Below are positions 30,673 to 47,140 of a stretch of 64,000 nt of DNA, piece by piece. The notes beneath the pieces are model-generated. The model was not told the DNA's origin and did not search any database. It saw only the letters and a list, made by a program, of their open reading frames with translations. Source of the DNA: the human T2T-CHM13v2.0 reference genome, Homo sapiens; assembly GCF_009914755.1 (NCBI RefSeq), contig NC_060940.1; one strand, 5' to 3'. Position numbers and translations under genes: made by a program. Position 1 is the stretch's first letter; the number at the start of each line of letters is the position of its first letter.

Positions 30673-31271
30673 CCCGTTCTTTCAGTTTTAAAACCCATAA
30701 ATCACCCTCAGGAAAGATGCGACTTAGAAAAGTTGTAGTTTGATCAGTTGCAAATGTTTGTATTTATTGTTTAGGTTTGACTTTCAGAATTCAGTCACAA
30801 TTGATTCTTTACGAATTGATTGGTTTATTGGGGGGATGTGCAAAGAGTGTAGAATGGTGTTGTCATCTGTTATTTTTGCCTCTCAAATGACTTGACGTTA
30901 CTCAGACTTTAATTGTGCTGCCTTCCTTAATACCCAGATGTTCTTTTACTCCCAAGGCAAATTGAACCTTCTCGACTTGAAAGTAAATCCGATGTTGTGC
31001 TTGCATGAACTTAGCCTCATGGGATGAATGGTCTCTCATGCCTTGACCCCACATACTCACCTTTGGCAGTTGAGAGATGGGAGATGTCTAACCTGTTCAG
31101 TCGATTCCCTCACTTTGTAAATATTAATCCTTATGCTGTGGAGCAACATGGCACATTTACCTCTTATTTATATTTATATTTTTATTTTTTTGTGCATGTC
31201 ATCTACATGAAATGATATCACCATCTCCGTCACTTCATGGTCTAACTCAGTCTAATTTAAAGTGGTCTCTC

Positions 31272-31592
<321 letters not shown>

Positions 31593-31618
31593 CTATGGAA
31601 TGATTAAAGACTCTACGT

Positions 31619-32462
<844 letters not shown>

Positions 32463-33839
32463 ATGGGAAAAGTATGATATAGTTAGGCTTAATTTTGTAT
32501 TATTTCATACATGGAATTGAAATTTTTGGCATGCTTGCTAAAACTGAACCAGGGCAGCAAGGAAGTCAGGTAGTTGCAGGGGAAGGTTGACTGGCTAGTT
32601 GCTGAGAGAACTTATGTAAATTCATGACTGTCCAGGGTCTTTCCCCAAGCCTTTAAGGTCAAAAAGCTTATTTCTGCACCTCTGCCCCCACCAGTGTTGA
32701 AGGTTGCTGATTCTTCTTAAATATAGTCCTAGAGGGGCTGGTGCCTTGGGGACGGGGCTAGTGCCTTGGGGACAGGAGGCCAGTGGCGTGATTGCTAATG
32801 AGATGTGTGGACTTGAAGCGGGTTGAATGAATTGTGATGAGCAGGACCTCCTTGCAGAGGGCAGCAGCCTGGGCCTGGGCAAGATGAAGAGATCATTTGG
32901 AGTCACGGGTAGAGCAGGGCTGTGAGTTCGCCATTTTGCGTATGTATTAGCACCAGGCTCTGCTGAGCAGCTGCAGCCAGCTTCATGCTGCGGTGCCTGC
33001 CAAGGTATCTGTGTCCTGGTTGCCCTGCCGGCGGGCTCCACTGCTCTCTTACCTGACTTTTCTAAGTCCCATGGCTAAGTGCAGGCTCCCCTCAAATTCT
33101 GATTACATAGTTTACATATCACTAACATATAATCATAGTTTACACATAATTTTGTTTGTGTCTTTAAATCAAAACTTTGCAGGTACATAGATAAAGTCAT
33201 TGGTTCTCTTAGCTTTATTACAAAAGACAGGAGGCCTCTGGCTGTCACTGTCTCCCACTTGCCACCCTTCAGAAGCCCCTCTTGGAAGCTTTTCCACTCA
33301 TGCTTTGGGTTGTTGCCTCCATATCTCTGATCAACACGCCTGTTGCCGCTTTTTTATTTTTCAGTTTTTGGAATTACTTATTTCTCATTGTGGAAGAGGA
33401 AGGGTAACTGTCTTTGACTGCTCCACCTCCAGAAAACACACGCAACACGCAGCTCCCCATCCTCTGGCACAGTCGTATCATCATTTTGGTTAGATCAGTA
33501 TTCAGTGATTACATTATTATAACTGGAAATGCTATCTACAGCTGTGAAGTGCATGATCGTTTTTCCTGCACGATCTCTTGATTTCTCTGGTGTTAATACT
33601 TAATTCAACTCCAAGTTCATCCTCAGTGTGTTAATCCCCCTGGTGCCTTCAGGCACTGTAGGCCGCCTCCCGCTTGCACCCAAGGCAGTCTCTCCTGGTG
33701 CCTTCTGGCCTACTCTAGCCAGAAGCCTGCTGCTGGTGGGCCCACACTCTCCAACTCACTTTTTTTCTTAACAGCTTTCTTGAGATATAATGCACATAAC
33801 ATACTGTTCAGCCTTTGAGAGTGCATAATTTTAGTGGTG

Positions 33840-34169
<330 letters not shown>

Positions 34170-35031
34170 TCAGTGGTTTTTATATTCACAAATTGTGCAA
34201 CCATCGCCACTCTCTAATTCCAGAACATTTTTGTCATGCCCCAAAGAAGCCTGATACCCTTTAGCAGTAGGGTCTTCATCCCTCCTTCCCCCAGACCCTG
34301 GCAACTAAGACCTTCTCTGGACATTTCGTGTACGTGGGCTCAGGTAATCTGCAGCCTTTCGGATCTGGCTTCTTTCCCCTGGCTGAATGCTCTCACGGTC
34401 TATCTGTGTTGCAGCGTGAGTCTGCTCTTCATTCCTCTCATGGCTGAATAGTACAACCCTGCATGGCTAGACCGCATCTTGTTCACTTACCAGGTGATGG
34501 CCATTTGGGTTGTTTATGCTTTTTTGTTACTATGAAGTATTCTCTGGCTCCCTTTTGTGTTGCATCCCCTATATCTTGGGATCTATGTATTACGATTGCT
34601 AGAATTCTTCCCTTCTTTATGTGCGGGGTAAAGTTTCTGCACGGTCACATGTCTGAAAATGCCTTTATCCTGCCTCTCACGTGGCTTGCCTGGGTGTATA
34701 AGGCTCAAAATAATTTTTCTTCAGAATGTTGAAGAGGTTTCTTCATTGTTTTCTAGCTTTCCATGTTGCTGTTTAGAAACCCTATGCCATTTCTAGTTTT
34801 TATCCTTTGTAAAAATTCTTCTTCCACTTCAGAAGTTGGTAGCCTGTCTTCTCTGTCCCCTGTGTTCTCAAGTCTGTGAGTGAGGCTTGCTTTTGTCCAT
34901 TTTGCTGGACATTCATTGAACTCTTCCATCCTGCCCCTCGTGTCTGTTGGCTCTGAATTATATCTTTGATTTCCTCTTCTGTGTGTTATCTTTTTCTCCT
35001 TTCTTGATCTCTTCTCCATTTGGACTTGTAG

Positions 35032-35349
<318 letters not shown>

Positions 35350-36306
35350 TAGTTTCACTCTGTAAAAGGGCTTTTGTGTGCTTTGTGTTTTTCTTTTTCT
35401 CCTTTTTAAATATCTCCGTATTCTTATTTCATGACTACACTGTCTCCTCCTCTCTCTCTGGAAATATTACCCACAGTTTGCTTTTGAAGTGTTTTCCCTA
35501 AATAGTCTCTCTTTCCTGCAAGTTGCTTTTCTCTATTTATTCCTGTCTCAGTCTTTCATCTTAGGTGCTTTTCTCAAATGGGATGTGATTTCTAGATGTC
35601 TACTCAGGTGTTGGAATGGGGTTAGAAATTGATCCAAAGCTCCGTGAACTTTGACTTTGGGCCTCTTGGGGTGATCTGGCTGTGCCATTCCACTGGAGAA
35701 CTACCCCTGGTCTCCAAAGTTTTTTTAGATTCCTGGGAGAATACCTTTCCATTCCCTGGCTTAGAGGCACATGCTGTCTGCCTGCTCTTCTGGGAATGAG
35801 TGGGGCTGGGGAGAGGGAAGAAGAATGGGAGAAACTCAGAAGTTCAGTGTGTGTTACTTTTATGTCTCCATTAAAAAAATGGAATACCCTAACCTCAACT
35901 CAGTCCAGACCTACTGCGTTTTCTCCAGAGAATAAACATGTATATTTTGCTAATCGCTTCTTAAACAGACTTTTAAAACCTTTCTTTTGCTTTCTAGTCC
36001 TGTGTTCACCGTCATTTCCAGAGGTGTCTTGTGCTAACAGTTCATTAGCGTTTTATGAATCATTCCATTCTCATCAGATATTATTTTGGTGGCATCCATG
36101 TCTGTTTAGGAATGAAATTTTCTCAGGTCTGTCAAGTTATTTATCAGTCATCTACCTGATTCTTAGCTTCTGTAATTTTGTTTTTTTTGTTTCCTCTCCA
36201 ATTCTTTTTTTTTTTTGTGAGCGATGTCTTTATAAAAACCTTTTTTTGCTTTTATTGTTATTTTTGACACATAATAAATTGTGCATATGTATGAGGTAGT
36301 GTGTGA

Positions 36307-36726
<420 letters not shown>

Positions 36727-37613
36727 TGAGAGGATGTGAGTGTAAATTACTGTGTTCAGGCTCTCATCTTTACAGAGTTCTTCACAGTTTTTCTTTCCAT
36801 AACTGTTTGGGGTTATCTGTTGTGATTGGGTCACTCCCTGCATTCGTGGCCCAGGACTCAGGGCTTCTTTCTGCGTGTTTCCTGCTGTCACTCAGGGTCT
36901 TGAGCCTTCGGCGGGCTCTAACAGTGTGGTCTGAGGAGGCTTAGCCACCTGGCTTAGTTGCATCAGTTTTGACTCCTGGTTTTGCTCAGCCTTCCTGACT
37001 TTCACCTTCTTCCTGAAGGCTACCCGCATCACTGGGGGGCTAGTCTCAGATCCTTGTTTAGCCTCACTGCCCCTCCATACAGCTGATAGGGCATCCAAGG
37101 GATTTCTTGTCCCAGAACACACAGGAAACTGATCCTGCATCATTGATGCTTGTTTTGAGGCTTGAGGCTAATCCACATTCTTAAACATGCTGTGGATGTT
37201 TTTCTTTGCCCTTGGTGTGGGAGGTCTTCCCTGTTCTTGTTTTCTGCTTTTCTTGGAACTATCTGGTTCATTCTCAGCTTTTCTTTATTTGTTTTTCCCT
37301 GCAGAGTGGGCATATATGGGCATATACATAATCATGGAAACACTACTCAGAGCCGTTTGTGTGCATGCTTGCTCTGACCTGGGAGCCAGTCTCTTTAACA
37401 TGTCTTTTGCATTGACGTTCTGTGTTGGTTTCCGAGTTTTTCTAAAGGTTTTCTTGCTGTCATCCTAAGTATGGTTTATAAATACCAATCCTTGGTTTTA
37501 CACATACTCTGACCCCCATTAGTGCTCCACAGCTGGCTGTCAGCAGGCCCTACCTCACTGGATCACTTTTTTGTTGTAGAAAAAGGAACTTGGCAAATAT
37601 AAAAGATGTAAGT

Positions 37614-37930
37614 GGACTGAATGCAGTGGTTCACACCTGTAGTCTCAGCACTTTGGGAAGCTGAGGAGGGAGGATCACTTGAGGCCAGGAGTTTGAGACT
37701 AGCCTGGTCAACATGGTGAGACCTTGTCTCTACAAAAACTAAAAAAACAAAAAAAGAACTAGCCTGGTGCAGCAGGGTTATGCCTACAGTCCCAGTGACT
37801 CAGGAGGCTGAGGCAGGAGGATCGTTTGAGCCCAGGAGTTCGAGGCTGTAGTGAGCTAAATGATTGATTGTGCCACTATACTCCAGCCTGGGTGACAGAG
37901 GAGACCCCATCTCAAAAAAACAAACAAAAC
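37614..37930 (+). mobile_element. AluJ-like element
   Basis: Dimeric Alu sequence. Confidence 0.9.
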
Positions 37931-38085
37931 CTCCACCCCCCAAAACAACCAGCTCTTATGTCTTGCCAAACCTGCCAAAACATTGCCTGTTTTCTCCTGA
38001 AATGGAAAGTAGTGACAAGATTATTTCTTGACTCCTGTGCTTCTGTCTCATGACAGTTCTTGCATTTTAAAAATACAGCTTATCG

Positions 38086-38248
38086 CTTTTTATTTTTTTA
38101 AGTGACAAAGTCTAGTTATGTCACCTAGGCTGGATGACAGTGGCACAATCATAGCTCATGGCAGCCTCGACCTCCTGGGCTCAAGCGATCCTCTCAACTC
38201 AGCCTCCTGAGCAGCTGACACTACAGGCGCACACCACCATTCCTGGCC
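38086..38248 (-). mobile_element. Alu right monomer (FRAM/AluJ-like)
   Basis: Reverse right arm only. Confidence 0.8.
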
Positions 38249-38441
38249 TTGTCACTCGTTTTATTGTACTTAGGTGAAAATGTCCCATTGTTGAAGTAGT
38301 TAGTAAGTGTGTGTGTGTGTTTTTCTTGAGAGCTTTTTCAGTCTGAAGTCATCTGAGAAAGAAGAATTTTTTCTTTTTTTACTGGGAGAATAATTTTCGA
38401 TACTGTTGAAATATTTATGACATGTCTCTCTTTCTCTAAAG

Positions 38442-38545
38442 TGCCAAATCTTTGGAGTGTTGATGGAGAAGTTACAGTAGCTGAACAGAAGCCGGGAGAA
38501 ATTGCTGAAGAACTCGCAAGCTCCTACGAAAGAAAGCTCATCGAG
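38442..38545 (+). CDS. SNX29: Internal coding exon (104 nt) of sorting nexin 29, coiled-coil region N-terminal to the PX domain
   Basis: Acceptor tctctctttctctaaAG (AG 38440-38441) and donor GAG|GTAAGG (GT 38546-38547). Only one frame is open: TG + CCA AAT CTT TGG...ATC GAG = (V)PNLWSVDGEVTVAEQKPGEIAEELASSYERKLIE; the other two hit TAG/TGA. Peptide recognised from memory as SNX29. Enters in phase 1, exits in phase 0. Confidence 0.9.
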
Positions 38546-38759
38546 GTAAGGCCGGTGGAGTCTGTGCGTCTTTGTTTCTGATGTTGGCTGCGTTGGAGAC
38601 TTTCCAGGGTAGGTCCAGCCTATTCTAAAGACACGTGAGCAAAACGACCAAGCAACTCCTCAGCCCCACAAAACAAAGCAAGACCAAATCAGTGTGCTTT
38701 ATAAAAAGAAGTATGAGCTGATCCTTTGAAAAATGTCACTTAAATATTGGAACTTTTTG

Positions 38760-39600
38760 GCACTTATGATAAGGACATAAGAGAAAACATATATGTGTAA
38801 CATTAAAAATAAAACAATTGTAAGATTTGGAGATGAAAACAGAGAATATCACATGCACCTTTGTGCTGTTAAATGTGAAAATATGGATGAGGTGAACTAT
38901 TTTTCAGAAAAACATTCATTATCAGAATTAATTGAAGATGAGGCAAACTGGTCGAAGGGACCCCCTCACCCTCAAAAGAAAAGAAAAAAAAAACCAAAAC
39001 ATTTTGGAATAAAGTTGTACAAATTACTGAAGAACTGCTTCCTTAGAAGACAGCAAGCCTAGAGGGTTTCATGGTGATTTCTAGGAAACTCTTCAAGGTA
39101 ATACACAAAGAGCCCTTTGCTATTTATATTTCCTGAGAGGGTTTTTATACGTCTCTATGCATTACTGTGATATAAAAAAATCCTGACAAAGATAGCATAA
39201 AAAAGAAAACTATCAAATAGAATCATTTGTGTATAAGATGTACAAAAATTCTAGAAAGTCATTACTCAAATTCAGTCGCATATTAAAAGAACAGTGCACA
39301 TAAAACATAGGGTTTATTTAGGATTGCAAGGATGGCTGCATGTTGGGAAATTCATCCATGTAAGTCATCTCATTAGTAGCCTCAAAGAGGACAACCAGAT
39401 AATTATCTTGGTAGGAAATGAAAAATCATTTTATAACCTTATTGATACCTGATTAAAAAAAGGGTAATTCTTGGATATGATAAAGAGGTTTTTCAAAAAC
39501 CATTGATTTATTACCATATTCAATGGTAAAGTTGAGAAGCTATGTTTTTGATGAGGTGTGTGTACATGTTGTAATGGTCCCTTGGTGGTAGTATTGTAAG
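38760..39600 (+). mobile_element. Old L1 (L1M-type) ORF2 fragment
   Basis: A-rich degenerate ORF2 motifs (aatatggatgaggtgaac, ggtttatttaggattgcaaggatgg, accatattcaatggtaaa). Confidence 0.6.
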
Positions 39601-41328
39601 TCATGTCTGTATGTACATACATACACATGCTAAGTATACAAGCAAACTTTCGGTTCTTTCTAAATCTTCTACAGTGAGTTTTATTTTGATAATCAAGAAG
39701 ACACTCACTCATTGCTGTGTAGACATACCTGAGCTTGGGTGGGTTTCAGAGGCCCAGGGCCTTGGAGGGTGTTCCCCTAAGTTCATTGCTGGTGCAGGCT
39801 GCCATTCTTACCATCTGTTTTGTCTGGTCTCTAAATTGCCTCTAAAGAAGGAAGGTGGCTTTAGAAACAGCTTGCATTCTAACTCAGGTGAGCTCAAGGG
39901 AAGGCAAGCTGAGGCCTTAACACACAGGCTGGTGGGGATGAGTCAAAAGCCAGGCTGGGGAGGCCTGGGGACAGGGCACTCCTGTGTGCTCTCTGCCCAG
40001 TGCTCTGCCCTTCCTTGGGAGCTCCCTCAGTGGGGCTGTGAGACTCAGACTTGGCTGGTGGCAGTGCCAGGGTTCTGGGCCATGAGTCTGTGCCCGGAAG
40101 TCCCAAGTGGAGAGGGAAGCAGGGCCCCAATCTCAGGATTGGGACGACTTGTGTCAGGATTCGAACCCCTGAAAGGTAGGACTGTGTCTTTGCCACCTCT
40201 GTACGTTCCACAGCCACTTATTGGCAAATGGTAGGTGCTGCGTAACCCTTGAATTTTTAAGTTCTCCTGGGATGGGGATGTCTGGATTTACTGAATGAAT
40301 GAATGAAGGCCTGATGAGCTAGAGAAGGTGAAAGGGTTCTCAGAATGAAAGTGCAGGATGAAAGGTTCTGTTCCTCTGGGGGAACAAGGGTGCTGTGGTG
40401 AGGACTCCATCAGACCAGTGCAGCTCAGTGAGGGTGCCTACTTCGCAGGGTCCACAAAGGCATTGAGTGCTGGGTCCAGGCAGCGCTCTCCGTGGAGATT
40501 CTCCACCTGTGGGGCTGCTGGGCAGCGTGTAGGGGTGGGGTGGGGGTGTTTGACCCTCTGATTGATTGGGTGTTTGACCCTCTGAGCCAAGTGCCACTAG
40601 TTCATTCGTGGGCCGGGTGGTTGGATGATTTATTTCAGTGTTTATGAGATGCCTGCTTTCTGCATCAGAAACAGCAAGAACAGAGGCTGAGTACAAGGAA
40701 AGCATTGGCAGGAACTGAAAGGAGACTCACGGGTCGGGAACAGAGTAGATGAGGGGAGAAAGGTGATGCTGTGGCTGTGTCCTGGCCATGTCACCACCCG
40801 CTTTGCTTTGACCATGTGAAAATCTCATCCCCTGCTGTGCTGACCTGAGCTGAGATGTGTGGAGAGGATCAGGTCATGTGGGGAGTTACTGCAGGGTCCA
40901 CCTGCCTGGCCGTTCTGGCCAGCTGTGAGAGGGTGAGTGTGGAACCACCAAACGGGAGGGCTCAAGGTTGAGGCATGAAGGTTCGTCTTACTGGCCTCAA
41001 GCTTCCTTTCTTTTCCTTCTTGTTTGTTTTTTTTATCCCGGGAGCAGTAGAGATGCTGGCTGTGGTCAACGAGCTGAGAGAAGTGTGAGGTTGAAGCAGA
41101 CATGTCCTCAAACGGCATTTACTGCACCGGATTGATTTTTCCTTCTTTTTTGGTTGCAAAGACAGGTTCTGCCGGTGATCTTTCATCTGTGAATAGCATT
41201 AGCATTTCACTACACCAATACTTTTGCTGTTAATCGAGACCCTCAGAACGTTCTTTGTGATGCTTCTGTCATTCTGTTAATGGGTTGATTTTTACCAAAA
41301 TAGTTGTAAAGACTTGTTAGAGTAATGA

Positions 41329-41718
<390 letters not shown>

Positions 41719-42284
41719 TAGATAATAAGGATATTTGGAACACCTTAAACATGGTGATTCATCCCAGTGCGAAGGGAGTTTCTGAGAATTTTTTTATCTA
41801 GGTGTCTTTGAGAGCATGAAAGCCAACTCATCTATCTGCACATACACACTACACATTTGTGCTTGGTGACCTGGAATCCAGTGTCCTGGACAGCACAGAA
41901 CCTAAAGTCGGTGCCATAAAGCCCTCTTTAAATGGCTGGTGGGCATCTTGTGCCAAGGACTGGAGGTATAAAAATTGTTCCTGACACCCTGTGGTTGTTA
42001 ACTCAGGAAAACAAGGAGGACAGGAGAATTCTGGCAGGTATACATTAATCTGGCAAGGGTAAAAGCACTAGTAGTATCACAGCCCCTGTAATACTAGCAG
42101 CAGCTGTCAGGTGAGTACTGTTAGATCCAGGCACTGTGCTGGGGTTTTTACGTAGATGAACATATGTGATCCTGAGAAGAGTTCTTTGAGGAGGACACTC
42201 TTGCTGCCTCCAGTTCACAGACAAAGCTTTGGGAAGTTTAGTAACTTTCCCAAGAGTCCTTAGCTGCTAAGAAGCAGAGCTGGG

Positions 42285-42604
42285 GCTGGGCGTGGTGGCT
42301 CAAACCTGTAATCCCAGCACTTTGAGAGAACGAGGCGGGTGGATCACTTCAGACTAGGAGTTCGAGAGTAGCCTGGCCAACACGGGGAAACTATGTCTGC
42401 CAGATAGAATCTGTTTCCATTCTCAAAAATTAGCCGGTCATGGTGGCATATGTCTATAGTCCCCAGCTACTTGGGAGGCTGAGGCAGAGAATCACTTGAA
42501 CCCGAGAAGAGGAAGTTGCAGTGAGCTGGGATCATGGCTCTGCACTCCAACCTGGGCGACAGAGTGAGACTCCATCTCAAAAAAAAAAAAAAAAAAAAAA
42601 AAAA
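42285..42604 (+). mobile_element. Alu with an atypical linker, inserted in a MIR
   Basis: TSD gcagagctgg; MIR sequence on both flanks. Confidence 0.9.
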
Positions 42605-43149
42605 TGCAGAGCTGGATTTGAATCCTCACAGTTGAGCACCAGAGTGCAAACCCACAACTCTCTGCCGTGCTTTGGAAGGCTGAGCTCATTGAAGAAGAAG
42701 GTTAACTTGACGGAAGAGACGATCACTACCGATGTTCAAGAGAATGAATGGCAGGACACAAGGGGGAAAACTAGTAGTAGATAACAGCAACTGCAGCAAT
42801 ATCAGCCATTTGAGATGGCGCTGGTGGTGGGGACATCACAAACCCTTTGTTACTGGAGAAGAAAGGGGAAAAGCACATCTTGTCTGTGCCAAGGATTACC
42901 TGCTTCCAAAGCAACTTGTAGCAGAACAGCAGAGTGAGAGTTCCTCGAGGGCAGTGCGGACATTGTCTTTTAAATTGTATCTTCATTGCCCAACCCATCT
43001 CCAGCATATAGTAGGAGAAACATAACATTGAATAGAAGGCCAGCCTGTTGAGTGGCTTCAGTCATCTTGTGTAATGCGTAAAGAATGATAAATGTGAGTC
43101 CTAGAACCTCAGATTGGGAGTGAATTGTCTAAGGCATCACAATTAAGTA

Positions 43150-43452
<303 letters not shown>

Positions 43453-43798
43453 CACAGTTAAGTCTTAACTAGAGCTCAGAGCAACCTGGTAGAAAGGATT
43501 AGATAGCTAATAAGAGCACATGGGTTCTGGAGAGGAGGCACACTTTACTCTGGCCCTTAATGTTAGCAGGAGGCATAGCTTGGAGAGCCTGGGGACACCA
43601 TTGAGTAATAGATGGTGCCAACTCAATTTGTGCACATCCATTGAGCGCCTTCTCAGTGTCCAGCCCTTAGCTTCCTTTCTCCTCCCTTTGTGGCTTTTCT
43701 TACCCTGGGAGCAGCAGTGTTGATGGTTGTAGGAGATGAGCCAAGGAAGTTGTGAGGTTGAAACAGAGACATCCCTGAAATGGCATTGACTACCCTAG

Positions 43799-44104
<306 letters not shown>

Positions 44105-45140
44105 TGCAGAGCGACTTCTGTTGCAAAGTCATTGGTGTTTCATCTGTGAGTTGCATTAGCTCTTCCTCATGCCAAGAGTGGTCCTAAGTTACAAAAATGA
44201 ATGGGACGCAGTGCCTGTGTTTAGGGAGCTTGCATTCTTGTGGGTGAGGCAGACGTGCCTGTTCTAATTGTCAGGACAGATAATTGAAGTGCAGAGGTAG
44301 GGTTATACCCACAGGCCTGGAGCTGTGTCTTTGACGGCAGTTCTGCAGAGGTTGGCACCTAACCACAGCTTCTTTAGATAATTCCTCCCCACTTCTTAGG
44401 GACTGTTAGTGGTGATGCTCAGAATTTCTTCTGTAAACTTCCCCATGCTTCTTGAAATTCTAAGACACCAGAACAGAAACAACCAAGGTTTTGAAGATAA
44501 GATATTGGACACATCCAAGATTGATCTCTTCTGAGACTCTTGCTTCTTTACCTCTTTTAAGTACATTTCCTTTGGTTTGGACTCATCTTCAGAGATGTTC
44601 TATTCTTTTTCAGCAGTTGTCTTCACAACAATGTGAAGTGTTGGCGACATTCGGACTTTGGGCCTGCATCACTTTGTCGCTGCCTTCTGCAGCCTGGTGA
44701 CTTGGAAAGCACATGTATCGCGTGTCAGACTGAGTTCAGATTTGCCACTTACTGCCGTATGTTCCTGGGCACGCCCCCTAACCTCTCTAAGCCTCAAGTT
44801 CTCTGTTAGTGAAATGCAGCCAGTCATACCTGTGAGTGGGTTTGTTTTGGGAATGAGACATAAGAACCCAGCTGAGTGCCTGCAGTAGACAGGAGGTGTC
44901 TCTGTGCTTCCTCTTCTCCCCTCCATCCTGACTTTCTTTGGAGGGCTTCCCTCTCCACCATAGCGTGCTGTCTGGGTGGGACAGTATGTCCAAATGCTTT
45001 GCCCTGGTTTTGGTTCAGGGCTGGGTACATGACCTGAGCTAGGCCCATGGGGGCTTTAACTCTGGAGTTGTATAAGAATGCAGCAATGCTTGGGAGGCCG
45101 TTTATTCAATAGCAATTAACAGTAAGCATTTATTCAATAG

Positions 45141-45525
<385 letters not shown>

Positions 45526-46342
45526 TCAGTTACTTTTCTGAGCCTGATTTCCCCACTTTTCTGCCTGTTTATAGTGAATTCTATTTTAGCTTAGGTTAGA
45601 ATCTGTTTATTTTGCTTACCAGCGGTGCTCTCACTTAGGTAAAGCTTTGTATCCGTATGTAATCAGTAGATGCCGTTTCCCTTCAGTTCTCCTTCCACTC
45701 ACTGTTTAGCAGGGCTTAGCTCCCTCATGTTGTCTTCGGGCTCTCCCAGCTCTTGCTTGCCGGCACCGTTTTCTAGCTGTTTGCCCCACTTGTGTATCTT
45801 CTGCTTCAATATTGCCAGTCCATCCTCTGCAAACAGAACTTTACTCCCTTCCATATGGCAGGGCTCAGCTAGCTGATGATTGATTTTTAAAATTATAAGA
45901 CACTTATCGTTTACTGTCTGAGTGTGGTTAGTCCCTGAATTTTTCTTGTGGGTAAAATAAATGGTGTATTAGCAACATTTGTTCTCATTATAATGGCAGA
46001 GTCGCTATTAATGGAAAAGTAAGCTTGAACATCAAGCTGGTAAAAAATACACTCATAATCACACGCTGTAGATAACTGTGAATGTGATCATCATTTTAAT
46101 AAAGTGTAAAAATTCCGGAAGCAGCCAGGACCTTGGGAGCAGTTACACCACCAGTGCCTGCCTCATAAATTGGCACCAATGGGTTCCAACACTTCTCATG
46201 CGTGTCCAGGAGTCATTTTTGTATAAGAGCAGCATGGGCTTTTCAATAAAATACTGGATTTTTTATAAGGACTCAGGATAAAAAACTCTGAGCTGAGATC
46301 TACATTAAACTGATACTCAAAATGAAAGGTATGATGTTAGGT

Positions 46343-46636
46343 TTATTTATTTATTTATTTTTTATTTTTCTGATGGAGTTTCACTCTGTTGCCCAGGCTG
46401 GAGTGCAGTGGTACGATCTCAGCTCACTACAACCTCCGCCTCCTGGGTTCAAGTGATTCTCCTGCTTCCCCCTCCACAGTAGCATACGCTACCATGCTCA
46501 GCTAATTTTTGTATTTTTAGTAGAGACAGGGTTTCACCGTATTGGCCAGGCTAGTCTCAAACTCCTGACCTCAAGTGATCCTCCCACCTCGGCCTCCCAA
46601 AGTGCTGGGATTACAGGTGTGAGCCACTATGCCTGT
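46343..46636 (-). mobile_element. Alu with (TTTA)n tail
   Basis: Reverse Alu sequence. Confidence 0.88.
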
Positions 46637-46812
46637 CCTGTTTGTTTTTTTTTTTAATCACATGAAGCTGAGTGGATTGAGACCAGGCTCTTACCTCATA
46701 TAGTTTGATTACCAAGCAAAATGGAGTGTTTAAGTGTCTCCTATATATCAGTGAAAAAGGGTAAGAAGTTATAGTTTCTAGCAGGATAGGTGTAATTCCC
46801 ACTGAAGTGTGA

Positions 46813-47140
<328 letters not shown>

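Noticed and set aside
39871-39893. ttctaactCAG|GTGAGC as a recursive splice site
   Set aside because: The pyrimidine tract is too short and weak to support the call.
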